Positions 56,634 to 64,000 of a stretch of DNA of 64,000 nt are shown here, piece by piece. Location: positions 15,551-79,550 of the forward strand of contig JAILGH010000082.1 in NCBI GenBank assembly GCA_024697025.1, read 5' to 3'. The notes under the pieces were generated by a model. The model worked only from the letters and a program-made list of their open reading frames with translations, had not been told where the DNA came from and did no database searches. The DNA comes from Pseudobutyrivibrio sp. (GTDB taxonomy: Bacteria; Bacillota; Clostridia; Lachnospirales; Lachnospiraceae). A program made the position numbers and the translations under genes. Position 1 is the first letter of the stretch. Each line of letters starts with the position of its first letter.

Positions 56634-57278
56634 ATGAAAATTTATAATGTAACAGATTCAGAATTTACAAATTTCGGTAGAATCATTGAGGGGTACGAGG
56701 CAGAGAAAAAGGAAATATTGGAAGCTCTTAGAGATAAGACACCTATTCCAGATGGAACTGACTATGTAGCAGAAGAGGCAGCACTTCAGTCTTTGGCTGC
56801 AGCGGAAAAGATTTCAAATTCTCTCTTTGGAGGTTCTCCAATGCAGTTTGGTTGGTGCAACGGTCACAACACAAAGCTTAACTGCCTTGAGTATCATCGT
56901 TCAAGCGAAATCAACATGGGTACAACAGATTTCATACTTCTTCTTGCAAAGAGAGAGGATATCGTTGACCACAAGATTGATTCTAGCAAAGTTAAAGCTT
57001 TCTTATGTCCAAAGGGCGTTATGATAGAAGTTTATGCTACAGCTCTTCACTATGCTCCATGTCAGGCTAGCAAGGATTCTGGTTTCCAGGTACTTGTAGG
57101 ACTTCCAAAGGGTACAAATGTTGGAATGCCTAAGTTTACTGCTGATAATCAGGAGGATAAGCTTTTAACAGCTACCAACAAATGGCTTCTTGCTCACGCT
57201 GAGTCATCTGAAGCAAAGAACGGTGCTTGGGTTGGTATCACTGGCGAAAATATCGATATCGCTGCTGATTTACAATAA
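56634..57278 (+). CDS. DUF4867-like protein (cupin/ureidoglycolate-lyase-like fold)
   Basis: 214 aa. GWCNGHNTKLNCLEYHRSSEIN matches my recollection of DUF4867 proteins. RBS AAGGAGG. Confidence 0.5.
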   Translation: MKIYNVTDSEFTNFGRIIEGYEAEKKEILEALRDKTPIPDGTDYVAEEAALQSLAAAEKISNSLFGGSPMQFGWCNGHNTKLNCLEYHRSSEINMGTTDFILLLAKREDIVDHKIDSSKVKAFLCPKGVMIEVYATALHYAPCQASKDSGFQVLVGLPKGTNVGMPKFTADNQEDKLLTATNKWLLAHAESSEAKNGAWVGITGENIDIAADLQ

Positions 57279-57288
57279 TAAAATATTA

Positions 57289-57319
57289 AGGCGTCGTCTA
57301 AAGACGGCGCCTCTTTTTT
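57289..57319 (+). terminator. Intrinsic terminator between convergent genes
   Basis: AGGCGTCGTC-taaa-GACGGCGCCT followed by CTTTTTT. Confidence 0.8.
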
Positions 57320-57326
57320 GAAAAAG

Positions 57327-57950
57327 TTATCTGTTTTTAATTTCTATATAGGATTTAACAACCTCTACCAACTTATCGTAATCCATCACTCCAGTATCTA
57401 GACAGAAGTCATAATTTCTTGCATCGTTCCAATCTCTGCCTGTGTAGTAGCGATAATAGTCGGCGCGGTGCTTATCAATATCGTGCATGCGCTTTATCAA
57501 CTCGTCATCTGTTCCACTAACCTGCTTGCGAAGTCGTTCTAAGCAATCCTCCTCCGAAGCATAAAAGAAAAGCGATAGCACATAAGGTCTATCTCGCAAA
57601 ATATAGTCTGCACAGCGTCCTACAAAGATACAGCTTTGAGTATTGGCTATTCGCTTAATAACATCTGCCTGCAACTCAAACAGATTGTCATCAGAGGTAA
57701 ACGCTGCATACTCTGGTGTAAGAGGCAACCCCTTATACTTACCCTTGGCAGATAAGATAATCTTGCGAACATGCTCGTCAACCTGACCAAACAACTCTTC
57801 GTTGATACCACTTTGGTCAGAGGCCATTCGAAGAATCTCTCTGTCGTAGACTGGAAGCCCCAATTCCTTTCCAAGCTTCTTGGCTAAGGTAAGCCCTCCA
57901 GAGCCATAACTTCTAGCTATTGCAATAACTAATTTCTTGTCCTCTCCCAT
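57327..57950 (-). CDS. Cytidylate kinase-like family protein (second paralogue)
   Basis: 207 aa. IAIARSYGSGGLTLA, and the same overall pattern as 29125..29724 (C-terminal ...YDFCL(D/N)...). Confidence 0.7.
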   Translation of the reverse strand: MGEDKKLVIAIARSYGSGGLTLAKKLGKELGLPVYDREILRMASDQSGINEELFGQVDEHVRKIILSAKGKYKGLPLTPEYAAFTSDDNLFELQADVIKRIANTQSCIFVGRCADYILRDRPYVLSLFFYASEEDCLERLRKQVSGTDDELIKRMHDIDKHRADYYRYYTGRDWNDARNYDFCLDTGVMDYDKLVEVVKSYIEIKNR

Positions 57951-58003
57951 GATGAAAACCTCCCTATATTCCCCTCACCCATCAGGTAGCTGACACCTAA
58001 GTC

Positions 58004-58708
58004 TTATTCCCCTAGATAAGCCTTCTTGATAGCATCATCATTCATAAGAGTCTTGGCATCGCCAGAAAGAACTATGTTTCCTGTCTCAAGTACATAGGCT
58101 CTATCAGCTATCGCCAATGCCTTCTTGGCATTCTGCTCTACAAGAAGAACTGTAGTGCCTGCATCTGAAATAGACTGGATGATATTGAAAATCTCATCTA
58201 CATAGATAGGTGAAAGTCCCATAGATGGCTCGTCCATAAGCACTATGCTTGGCTTGCTCATAAGGGCACGGCCCATAGCAAGCATCTGCTGCTCACCACC
58301 TGAAAGTGTACCAGCAAGCTGATTCTGACGCTCCTTTAATCTAGGAAAACTCTCGTAAACCTTCTCTAATGTATCTGCGATTTCACTCTTGTTACTTCTA
58401 GTATAAGCCCCCATTTTTAAGTTTTCAAGCACTGTTAATCCAGGGAAAACTCGGCGTCCCTCAGGCACATGAGCCAGTCCCATAGACACAATTTTATGGC
58501 CTAGTACCTTGGAAATATCTGTGCCGTGAAGAAGGATTTTACCTGATGTAGGAGTAAGCATTCCTGATATAGTTTGAAGAGTAGTAGTCTTACCAGCACC
58601 ATTTGCACCAATAAGAGCTATAACCTCTCCTTCATTAACCTCAAAACTGATTCCTTTTAAGGCTTGAATCACTCCATAATTTACCTTTAAATCTTTTATT
58701 TCTAACAT
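58004..58708 (-). CDS. livF: Branched-chain amino acid ABC transporter ATP-binding protein
   Basis: 234 aa. GANGAGKTT, LSGGEQQML, LMDEPS. Last gene of a liv-type operon. Confidence 0.85.
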   Translation of the reverse strand: MLEIKDLKVNYGVIQALKGISFEVNEGEVIALIGANGAGKTTTLQTISGMLTPTSGKILLHGTDISKVLGHKIVSMGLAHVPEGRRVFPGLTVLENLKMGAYTRSNKSEIADTLEKVYESFPRLKERQNQLAGTLSGGEQQMLAMGRALMSKPSIVLMDEPSMGLSPIYVDEIFNIIQSISDAGTTVLLVEQNAKKALAIADRAYVLETGNIVLSGDAKTLMNDDAIKKAYLGE

Positions 58709-58782
58709 TTAGCACCTCATTCGTTTCGTCAATATAAGAGCACAACTGCATCCCATTTGACTCCGCTTTGTTTAATTGATAA

Positions 58783-59541
58783 TTACTCCCCAAGATATGC
58801 TTTGATAACCTCTGGGTCATTTAAAACTGTGCTTGTTTCGCCCTGAGATAATACTCGACCAAAATTGAGTACAGTAAGCTTTTCACAGATACCTGATACG
58901 AGCTTCATATCATGCTCAATAAGTAAGATTGTTACATCAAACTCTTTACGGATGAGTGCGATGGTATTCATCAAATCCTTGGTCTCATTTGGGTTCATAC
59001 CAGCCGCTGGCTCATCTAAAAGAAGGAGCTTTGGATTGGTTGCAAGGGCTCTTGCTATCTCAAGCTGACGCTGCTTTCCATAAGGAAGATTTGAGGCAAG
59101 AACGTCTGCGTCCTTATCAAGACCAAATACCGAAAGGATTTCTAATGCTCTTTCGTCCATCTTCTTTTCTGTAGCAAAATACTTAGGCAATCTGAAAATA
59201 CCTGTAGCAGTGCTATATTCAAAGGAATTATGTAAACCAATTTTAACGTTATCAAGTACCGATTGATCTCCAAAAAGTCTAATATTTTGGAAGGTTCTGG
59301 CTATACCTGCCTTGTTAATTTCGGCAGTTCTCTTTCCTGTGATATCAACTCCATCAAGGAAAATCTTGCCATCTGTAGGCTTGTAGATACCTGTGAGCAT
59401 ATTGAAAACTGTAGTCTTACCTGCTCCGTTAGGTCCAATCAAGCCATAAAGCTGCCCCTTATCAATTGAAATGTTAAATTCATCTACGGCTCTAAGTCCA
59501 CCGAAGGAAATGCCAAGATTAGTAACTTCTAGTAAGCTCAT
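58783..59541 (-). CDS. livG: Branched-chain amino acid ABC transporter ATP-binding protein
   Basis: 252 aa. GPNGAGKTT, LPYGKQRQLEIARAL, LLDEPAAG. Confidence 0.85.
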   Translation of the reverse strand: MSLLEVTNLGISFGGLRAVDEFNISIDKGQLYGLIGPNGAGKTTVFNMLTGIYKPTDGKIFLDGVDITGKRTAEINKAGIARTFQNIRLFGDQSVLDNVKIGLHNSFEYSTATGIFRLPKYFATEKKMDERALEILSVFGLDKDADVLASNLPYGKQRQLEIARALATNPKLLLLDEPAAGMNPNETKDLMNTIALIRKEFDVTILLIEHDMKLVSGICEKLTVLNFGRVLSQGETSTVLNDPEVIKAYLGE

Positions 59542-60644
59542 TACTGCACCTCCTTTGTGTTTTTAGATTTAAGTATAGACTTGAAGTTCTTTATGCCGTG
59601 AGCCTCTCTCCACTTAAGAATGCCTGGTGCCCAGTTAAACAACATAAGCATAATAAGAACTACTGAATAAATAAGCATTCTGTAGTTTGAAAGTCCTCTG
59701 AGCATCTCAGGGAGCAACGTAAGAATAGTTGCTGCAATAATAGAACCAGAGAAGCTTCCGATTCCACCTAATACTACATATACCAAAATCATGATAGACA
59801 TGTTGTAACCAAATGTATTGGTTGTAGCTGTAAGTGAGCTAATGTTGTGAGCATAAAGCACTCCACCTACACCAGCGATAGCTGCTGATAACGTAAATGC
59901 GATAAGCTTATACTTTGTGATAGGAAGTCCAACTGTCTCTGCGGCAATCTGATTGTCGCGGATAGCCTTAACTGCTCTACCAGTTCTTGAATTAACAAAA
60001 TTGTATGTGATAACAATTGCCAGCAACAACAATACAACCGAGATTGTAAATGTAGACTGACGTGGTGTACCAGTGACTCCCTGCGCACCGTTAATGATAA
60101 TCTTGCCGCCTGGCTCCATGCCAAGAGACATCATATCCTTCATTGAAAAATGCAGGCCCTGTGAATCTACACCCACATATAATACGTTGATTACGTTTTT
60201 GATAATCTCGCCAAAGGCCAGAGTAACAATTGCCAGATAGTCTCCACTAAGTCTAAGTACAGGAATTGCAATAAGGAATCCAAATAAAGCAGCAAGAGCT
60301 GTACCGATTAAAAGTGAAAGAATAAATCTAGGAACATCTGGAATAATTCCTACAAATGCCTTTGAGAAAAATGCTGATGAAAAGGCACCAACACACATGA
60401 ATCCTGCATGACCAAGAGAAAGCTCTCCTAAATATCCAACGCAGAGGTTGAGGCCTACTGCCACAAGTGAATAGGCACATACCGGTACAAGAAGTCCCTT
60501 CATAAGTGAGCTGAGATTGCCTGTACCATCAAGGATTGTCATAAGTACATATAAAACTAATATTACAAGAATAGTTGTAAATAATCTTTGGTTTGATTTG
60601 TTTGCAAAAAGTGCAAGCTTGTTTATCTTTTTCATATTTTCCAC
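59541..60644 (-). CDS. livM: Branched-chain amino acid ABC transporter permease
   Basis: 367 aa, polytopic. Position and size fit LivM. Confidence 0.8.
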   Translation of the reverse strand: MENMKKINKLALFANKSNQRLFTTILVILVLYVLMTILDGTGNLSSLMKGLLVPVCAYSLVAVGLNLCVGYLGELSLGHAGFMCVGAFSSAFFSKAFVGIIPDVPRFILSLLIGTALAALFGFLIAIPVLRLSGDYLAIVTLAFGEIIKNVINVLYVGVDSQGLHFSMKDMMSLGMEPGGKIIINGAQGVTGTPRQSTFTISVVLLLLAIVITYNFVNSRTGRAVKAIRDNQIAAETVGLPITKYKLIAFTLSAAIAGVGGVLYAHNISSLTATTNTFGYNMSIMILVYVVLGGIGSFSGSIIAATILTLLPEMLRGLSNYRMLIYSVVLIMLMLFNWAPGILKWREAHGIKNFKSILKSKNTKEVQ

Positions 60645-61526
60645 CTACACTTTCTCTTTAATCTGTTTGCCTAAAATACCTGTAGGCTTCACTAATAAAA
60701 CAATAATAAGTACTGCAAATACAATCGCATCTGCCAACTGGCTTGAAATATAAGCCTTAGCGAGAATCTCGATTATACCAAGTAAAAGTCCACCAATTAA
60801 AGCTCCTGGAATAGAGCCGATACCACCAAATACAGCCGCTGTAAATGCCTTGATACCTGGCATTGAGCCTGTGTATGGAGTAAGTGATGGATAAGAGCTG
60901 CAAAGTAAAGCTCCTGCTATCGCAGCAAGTCCTGAACCTATTGCAAATGTAAGGGAAATAGTCGCATTGACATTGATACCCATTAATACTGCTGCATCTC
61001 TGTCCTCTGATACCGCACGCATTGCCTGACCTGGCTTTGTATTCTTAACAAACCACATAAGTACAACCATGATTACAAGACAAACCACGATAGTGATTAA
61101 AGCATTTCCGGTAATCTTAAGTTGTCCGCCTGCAAATGAAAGTCCTTCCCATGGGATTACTGAAGTGAAAGATACTGGGTTTGACCCAAATATCAATAAT
61201 GCCATGTTCTGTAAGAAATAGCTGACGCCAATGGCTGTAATAAGAACTGCCAAATTAGTAGCCTTTCTAAGTGGTGCGTAGGCTATCTTTTCTATAATCA
61301 TTCCAAGAATTGTACAACATCCCATCGCAATAACAATAGAAACAATAGCCGGCATACCAGCATTGGAAGTGCACATAAACACAAGATATGCGCCAATCAT
61401 AATTACATCCCCGTGAGCAAAGTTAAGCATCTTTGCAATACCATAAACCATGGTGTAACCCAGAGCTATGATGGCATATACGCTTCCTAAACTCAATCCG
61501 TTAATCAGATAGGTTAAAAATCCCAT
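60645..61526 (-). CDS. livH: Branched-chain amino acid ABC transporter permease
   Basis: 293 aa, polytopic. N-terminal LINGLSLGSVYAIIALGYTMVYG is typical of LivH. Confidence 0.85.
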   Translation of the reverse strand: MGFLTYLINGLSLGSVYAIIALGYTMVYGIAKMLNFAHGDVIMIGAYLVFMCTSNAGMPAIVSIVIAMGCCTILGMIIEKIAYAPLRKATNLAVLITAIGVSYFLQNMALLIFGSNPVSFTSVIPWEGLSFAGGQLKITGNALITIVVCLVIMVVLMWFVKNTKPGQAMRAVSEDRDAAVLMGINVNATISLTFAIGSGLAAIAGALLCSSYPSLTPYTGSMPGIKAFTAAVFGGIGSIPGALIGGLLLGIIEILAKAYISSQLADAIVFAVLIIVLLVKPTGILGKQIKEKV

Positions 61527-61656
61527 AACTAAAAACTCTCTTTCAAAAAATAATATTGCGATGCACGCCGCCCCTTAACTGTTTCCAGCTAAAGGAATCT
61601 AGTGCATCGCCTTTGATACAGTTTATGTTTATATATTCTAGCTGTAGTGAGTATTT

Positions 61657-62838
61657 CTACTCAGCAGAAACGTATCCGCCGTCTTTAATGATGACAGCCT
61701 TTGGTGCTTTAGATACTTCACCTAAATCGTTCCATGTCATGTTGTCACCTGTAAGACCATTGTAATCAACATTCTGAATACCTGCAACTAAAGCGTCACA
61801 AATCTCTTCGTTAGAAGCCTCTGGAGTAAGGTTTGCTGCCTCAATAGCTTCCTTTAAGATGTAGATTCCATCGTAAGCATCAGCTGCGAACTGGTTTGGA
61901 GTATCACCAAACTGCTCCTTGTACTTAGAAACAAATGACTTTGTAGCCTCATCCTCTGCATCAGCTGCGAATGGTGTAAGCAGATATACACCCTCTGCAA
62001 GGCTAACATCAAAATTCTCAACACCAAGAAGTCCGTCGAAACCATCTACACCAAACATTGTAGGAGCATATCCCATCTTGTCTGCCTGTGTAAGAACGAT
62101 TGATCCCTCTGTGTAGTAGAATGGAAGGAATAATAAATCTGCATCCTTATCCTTGCACTTCTGAAGCTGTGTTGTAAAGTCTGTCTTTGAATCAGCTGTA
62201 AATGCCTCTGCTGCTACGATCTCGAGGCCTTTTGCCTGTGCCTCTGCTGCAAAGTTCTGATAAACACCTGATGAATATGGATCTGAGCTATCATAGATAA
62301 CACCAATCTTTGTTCCAAGCTTGTTGTCAGCAATGTAGTCTGCTGAAACAGTACCCTGGTTAGGATCTGAGAAACAAATCTGGAATGTGTTATCGTGTCC
62401 TTCTGTAACAGTTGTTGAAGAAGCAGATGGTGTAATCTGGAAGATTCTGTCTGCATATGTCTCGTTAGAAACAGCTGCACAAGCACCAGATGTTACTGTA
62501 CCTTCAAGAATCTGCATACCCCAGTCCTTAAGTGTGTTGTAAGCATTAACTGCCTTCTGTGGATCTGCCTCATCATCCTGGAAATTGAATGAAATGTTAT
62601 ATCCATTAATACCACCAGCCTCGTTTACCTCGTCAACTGCAAGCTGAATAGCATTCTTAACGCCCTGACCATACTGAGCTGCACCACCGGTGACTGGTCC
62701 TATACCACCAATTCTCCAAGTGAGTTCTCCTGATGTATCAACGTTTTCTGAGCCTTCCGCTCCCTTGTTTCCGCAACCTACAAATAATGAGGCTGCCATA
62801 GCAGCACAAAGTGCCAAGCTAAGAGCTTTCTTCTTCAT
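61657..62838 (-). CDS. Branched-chain amino acid ABC substrate-binding lipoprotein (LivJ/K-like)
   Basis: Lipobox LFVGC-GN. PBP1 amino-acid-binding pattern (IGGIGPVTGGAAQYG). Confidence 0.8.
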   Translation of the reverse strand: MKKKALSLALCAAMAASLFVGCGNKGAEGSENVDTSGELTWRIGGIGPVTGGAAQYGQGVKNAIQLAVDEVNEAGGINGYNISFNFQDDEADPQKAVNAYNTLKDWGMQILEGTVTSGACAAVSNETYADRIFQITPSASSTTVTEGHDNTFQICFSDPNQGTVSADYIADNKLGTKIGVIYDSSDPYSSGVYQNFAAEAQAKGLEIVAAEAFTADSKTDFTTQLQKCKDKDADLLFLPFYYTEGSIVLTQADKMGYAPTMFGVDGFDGLLGVENFDVSLAEGVYLLTPFAADAEDEATKSFVSKYKEQFGDTPNQFAADAYDGIYILKEAIEAANLTPEASNEEICDALVAGIQNVDYNGLTGDNMTWNDLGEVSKAPKAVIIKDGGYVSAE

Positions 62839-63014
62839 AGTCTTTTCCTCCTAGTAACCCTAAAAATCCGTCCCCCATTTAATTGGATTTTTACTTTCTC
62901 GCTTTATCGCTTTAAATTCCGAAACCCCTCGATGGAAATATAATAAAACTTGTTTGCCCAATCGTCAACTAAAACTTATCAGCAATTTTACGGCATCTAT
63001 AGTTACTGTTAAAT

Positions 63015-63710
63015 CTAGCTTATATTACTTCCCTCTATTTCTAGCACCGAGCCTAGGGGCAACTGGCTTTCATCTAAAGTAAGATTTCCAAAGGCTGTTC
63101 TCTTTAATTCCACCACCTGTCTGCCTACTGCAAAAAACATTCTTTTGACCTGATGGAACTTCCCCTCATGAATGGTAATATAGCAGGTATTGCCTCCATT
63201 ATATTCAACAGTAGCTGGAGCTGTAAGCTCTCCTTCGCCAATCCTTACGCCTGACTCTAAAGCCTGAATGTCCTCCCTGGTCAAATCACCATCAAGTGTA
63301 ACAAAATATATCTTATCCACATGCTTTTTAGGAGAGAGCATATCGTGGGCGAGCTGTCCATCGTTGGTAATAAGCAGTAGGCCTGTCGTATCCTTATCTA
63401 GACGCCCAACTGGCGCAAGACCTCTTGGCGCATCTTTAACCTGCCTGTAAAATACATTCATTACCGTCTGTTCCTTGGCATCCTCAGTAGCTGTAATAAC
63501 TCCCTTTGGTTTATTCATAATATAGTAGGAAAACTTTTTATATCTGTATTCCTTTCCCTGATAAGAAATCACCGCTGTATCTTCATCTACCTTAGTCTCT
63601 GGCTTATTTACCTTTGCCCCATCAACTAAAATAAGGCCCTTCTTTAGAAGAGCCTTTACTTCTGACCTGGTACCTATATTTAGTTCAACCAGTAATTTGT
63701 CCAATCTCAT
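63015..63710 (-). CDS. Pseudouridine synthase, RsuA/RluB family (S4 domain + catalytic GRLD motif)
   Basis: MRLDKLLVELNIGTRSEVKALLKKG (S4 domain). Catalytic VGRLDKDTTGLLLITNDG. Confidence 0.85.
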   Translation of the reverse strand: MRLDKLLVELNIGTRSEVKALLKKGLILVDGAKVNKPETKVDEDTAVISYQGKEYRYKKFSYYIMNKPKGVITATEDAKEQTVMNVFYRQVKDAPRGLAPVGRLDKDTTGLLLITNDGQLAHDMLSPKKHVDKIYFVTLDGDLTREDIQALESGVRIGEGELTAPATVEYNGGNTCYITIHEGKFHQVKRMFFAVGRQVVELKRTAFGNLTLDESQLPLGSVLEIEGSNIS

Positions 63711-64000
63711 TAGTATGAAATTACCTCATATCCATCCTCAGTAACAAGAACCTGATACTCCCATTGAGCAGATGGCTTGCCATCCAATGTAGAAACTTCC
63801 CATCCATTGTTTGGGTCTGTCTTTATCTTTTGTGTGCCCATGTTAATCATAGGCTCAATTGTAAACATAAAGCCTGGCACTAGTAAAAGCTCTGTGCCTG
63901 GAAGAGTGTTATAGCCCACCCATGGCTCCTCATGGAAATCAAGACCTACACCGTGACCACCAATCTCACGAACTACCTGATAGCCATTTGCGTGAGCATG
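63710..64000 (-). CDS. map: Type I methionine aminopeptidase, N-terminal part outside window
   Basis: My own in-frame extension upstream of the track ORF: HAHANGYQVVREIGGHGVGLDFHEEPWVGYN...PGFMFTIEPMIN...SAQWEYQVLVTEDGYEVIS. The frame is open to the window edge. Confidence 0.9.
   Translation of the reverse strand, partial: HAHANGYQVVREIGGHGVGLDFHEEPWVGYNTLPGTELLLVPGFMFTIEPMINMGTQKIKTDPNNGWEVSTLDGKPSAQWEYQVLVTEDGYEVISY

Noticed and set aside
1-64000. Search for tRNA, rRNA, transposase/integrase/relaxase genes, toxin-antitoxin pairs and known defence-system signatures
   Set aside because: None was recognisable by eye in any frame or intergenic region. Absence cannot be proven without profile searches.

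Overview
This is a low-GC Firmicute-type chromosome segment, transcribed almost entirely on the minus strand. Gene content and a domain-permuted GH3 suggest Clostridia/Lachnospiraceae, but that is inference only.

(1) Positions 1 to ~18.8 kb form an AT-rich island encoding a type IV secretion / conjugation-like apparatus. It contains:
- a VirD4-like coupling protein that runs off the left edge and is missing from the ORF track;
- a membrane-anchored NlpC/P60 wall hydrolase;
- a VirB4-like ATPase;
- a stand-alone paralogue of the VirB4 N-terminal domain;
- a VirB11/CpaF-like ATPase;
- about 9 kb of orphan N/K/E-rich proteins;
- a possible regulator;
- a compositionally distinct sensor GGDEF cyclase.

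Four island transcription units are each preceded by the same exactly 27-nt A7/T7 palindromic motif followed by a -10-like box. This is the most striking unexplained signal in the window. No integrase, relaxase, tRNA, rRNA or CRISPR array is visible.

(2) Positions 18.9-64 kb hold ordinary core genes:
- a YtfQRT/YjfF-like sugar ABC transporter with an AraR-like regulator, plus a binding-protein/histidine-kinase/AraC-response-regulator sensor;
- two cytidylate-kinase-like paralogues;
- an ArsB/NhaD permease, a permuted GH3, a CotH-like protein and cysE;
- a 758-aa cNMP-domain protein;
- upp and a uracil permease;
- a TraX-family protein, a KdsC-like HAD protein, and dapA behind a lysine riboswitch;
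- an amidase, a K+ channel and a second GGDEF protein;
- ribDE(BA)H behind an FMN riboswitch;
- RlmD-like, yhaM and mutS2;
- a DUF4867-like protein, livJHMGF, a pseudouridine synthase and partial map.

Other notable non-coding structure: a 104-nt near-perfect GC-rich palindrome after upp, and terminator hairpins whose 3-prime arm carries the next gene's Shine-Dalgarno sequence.
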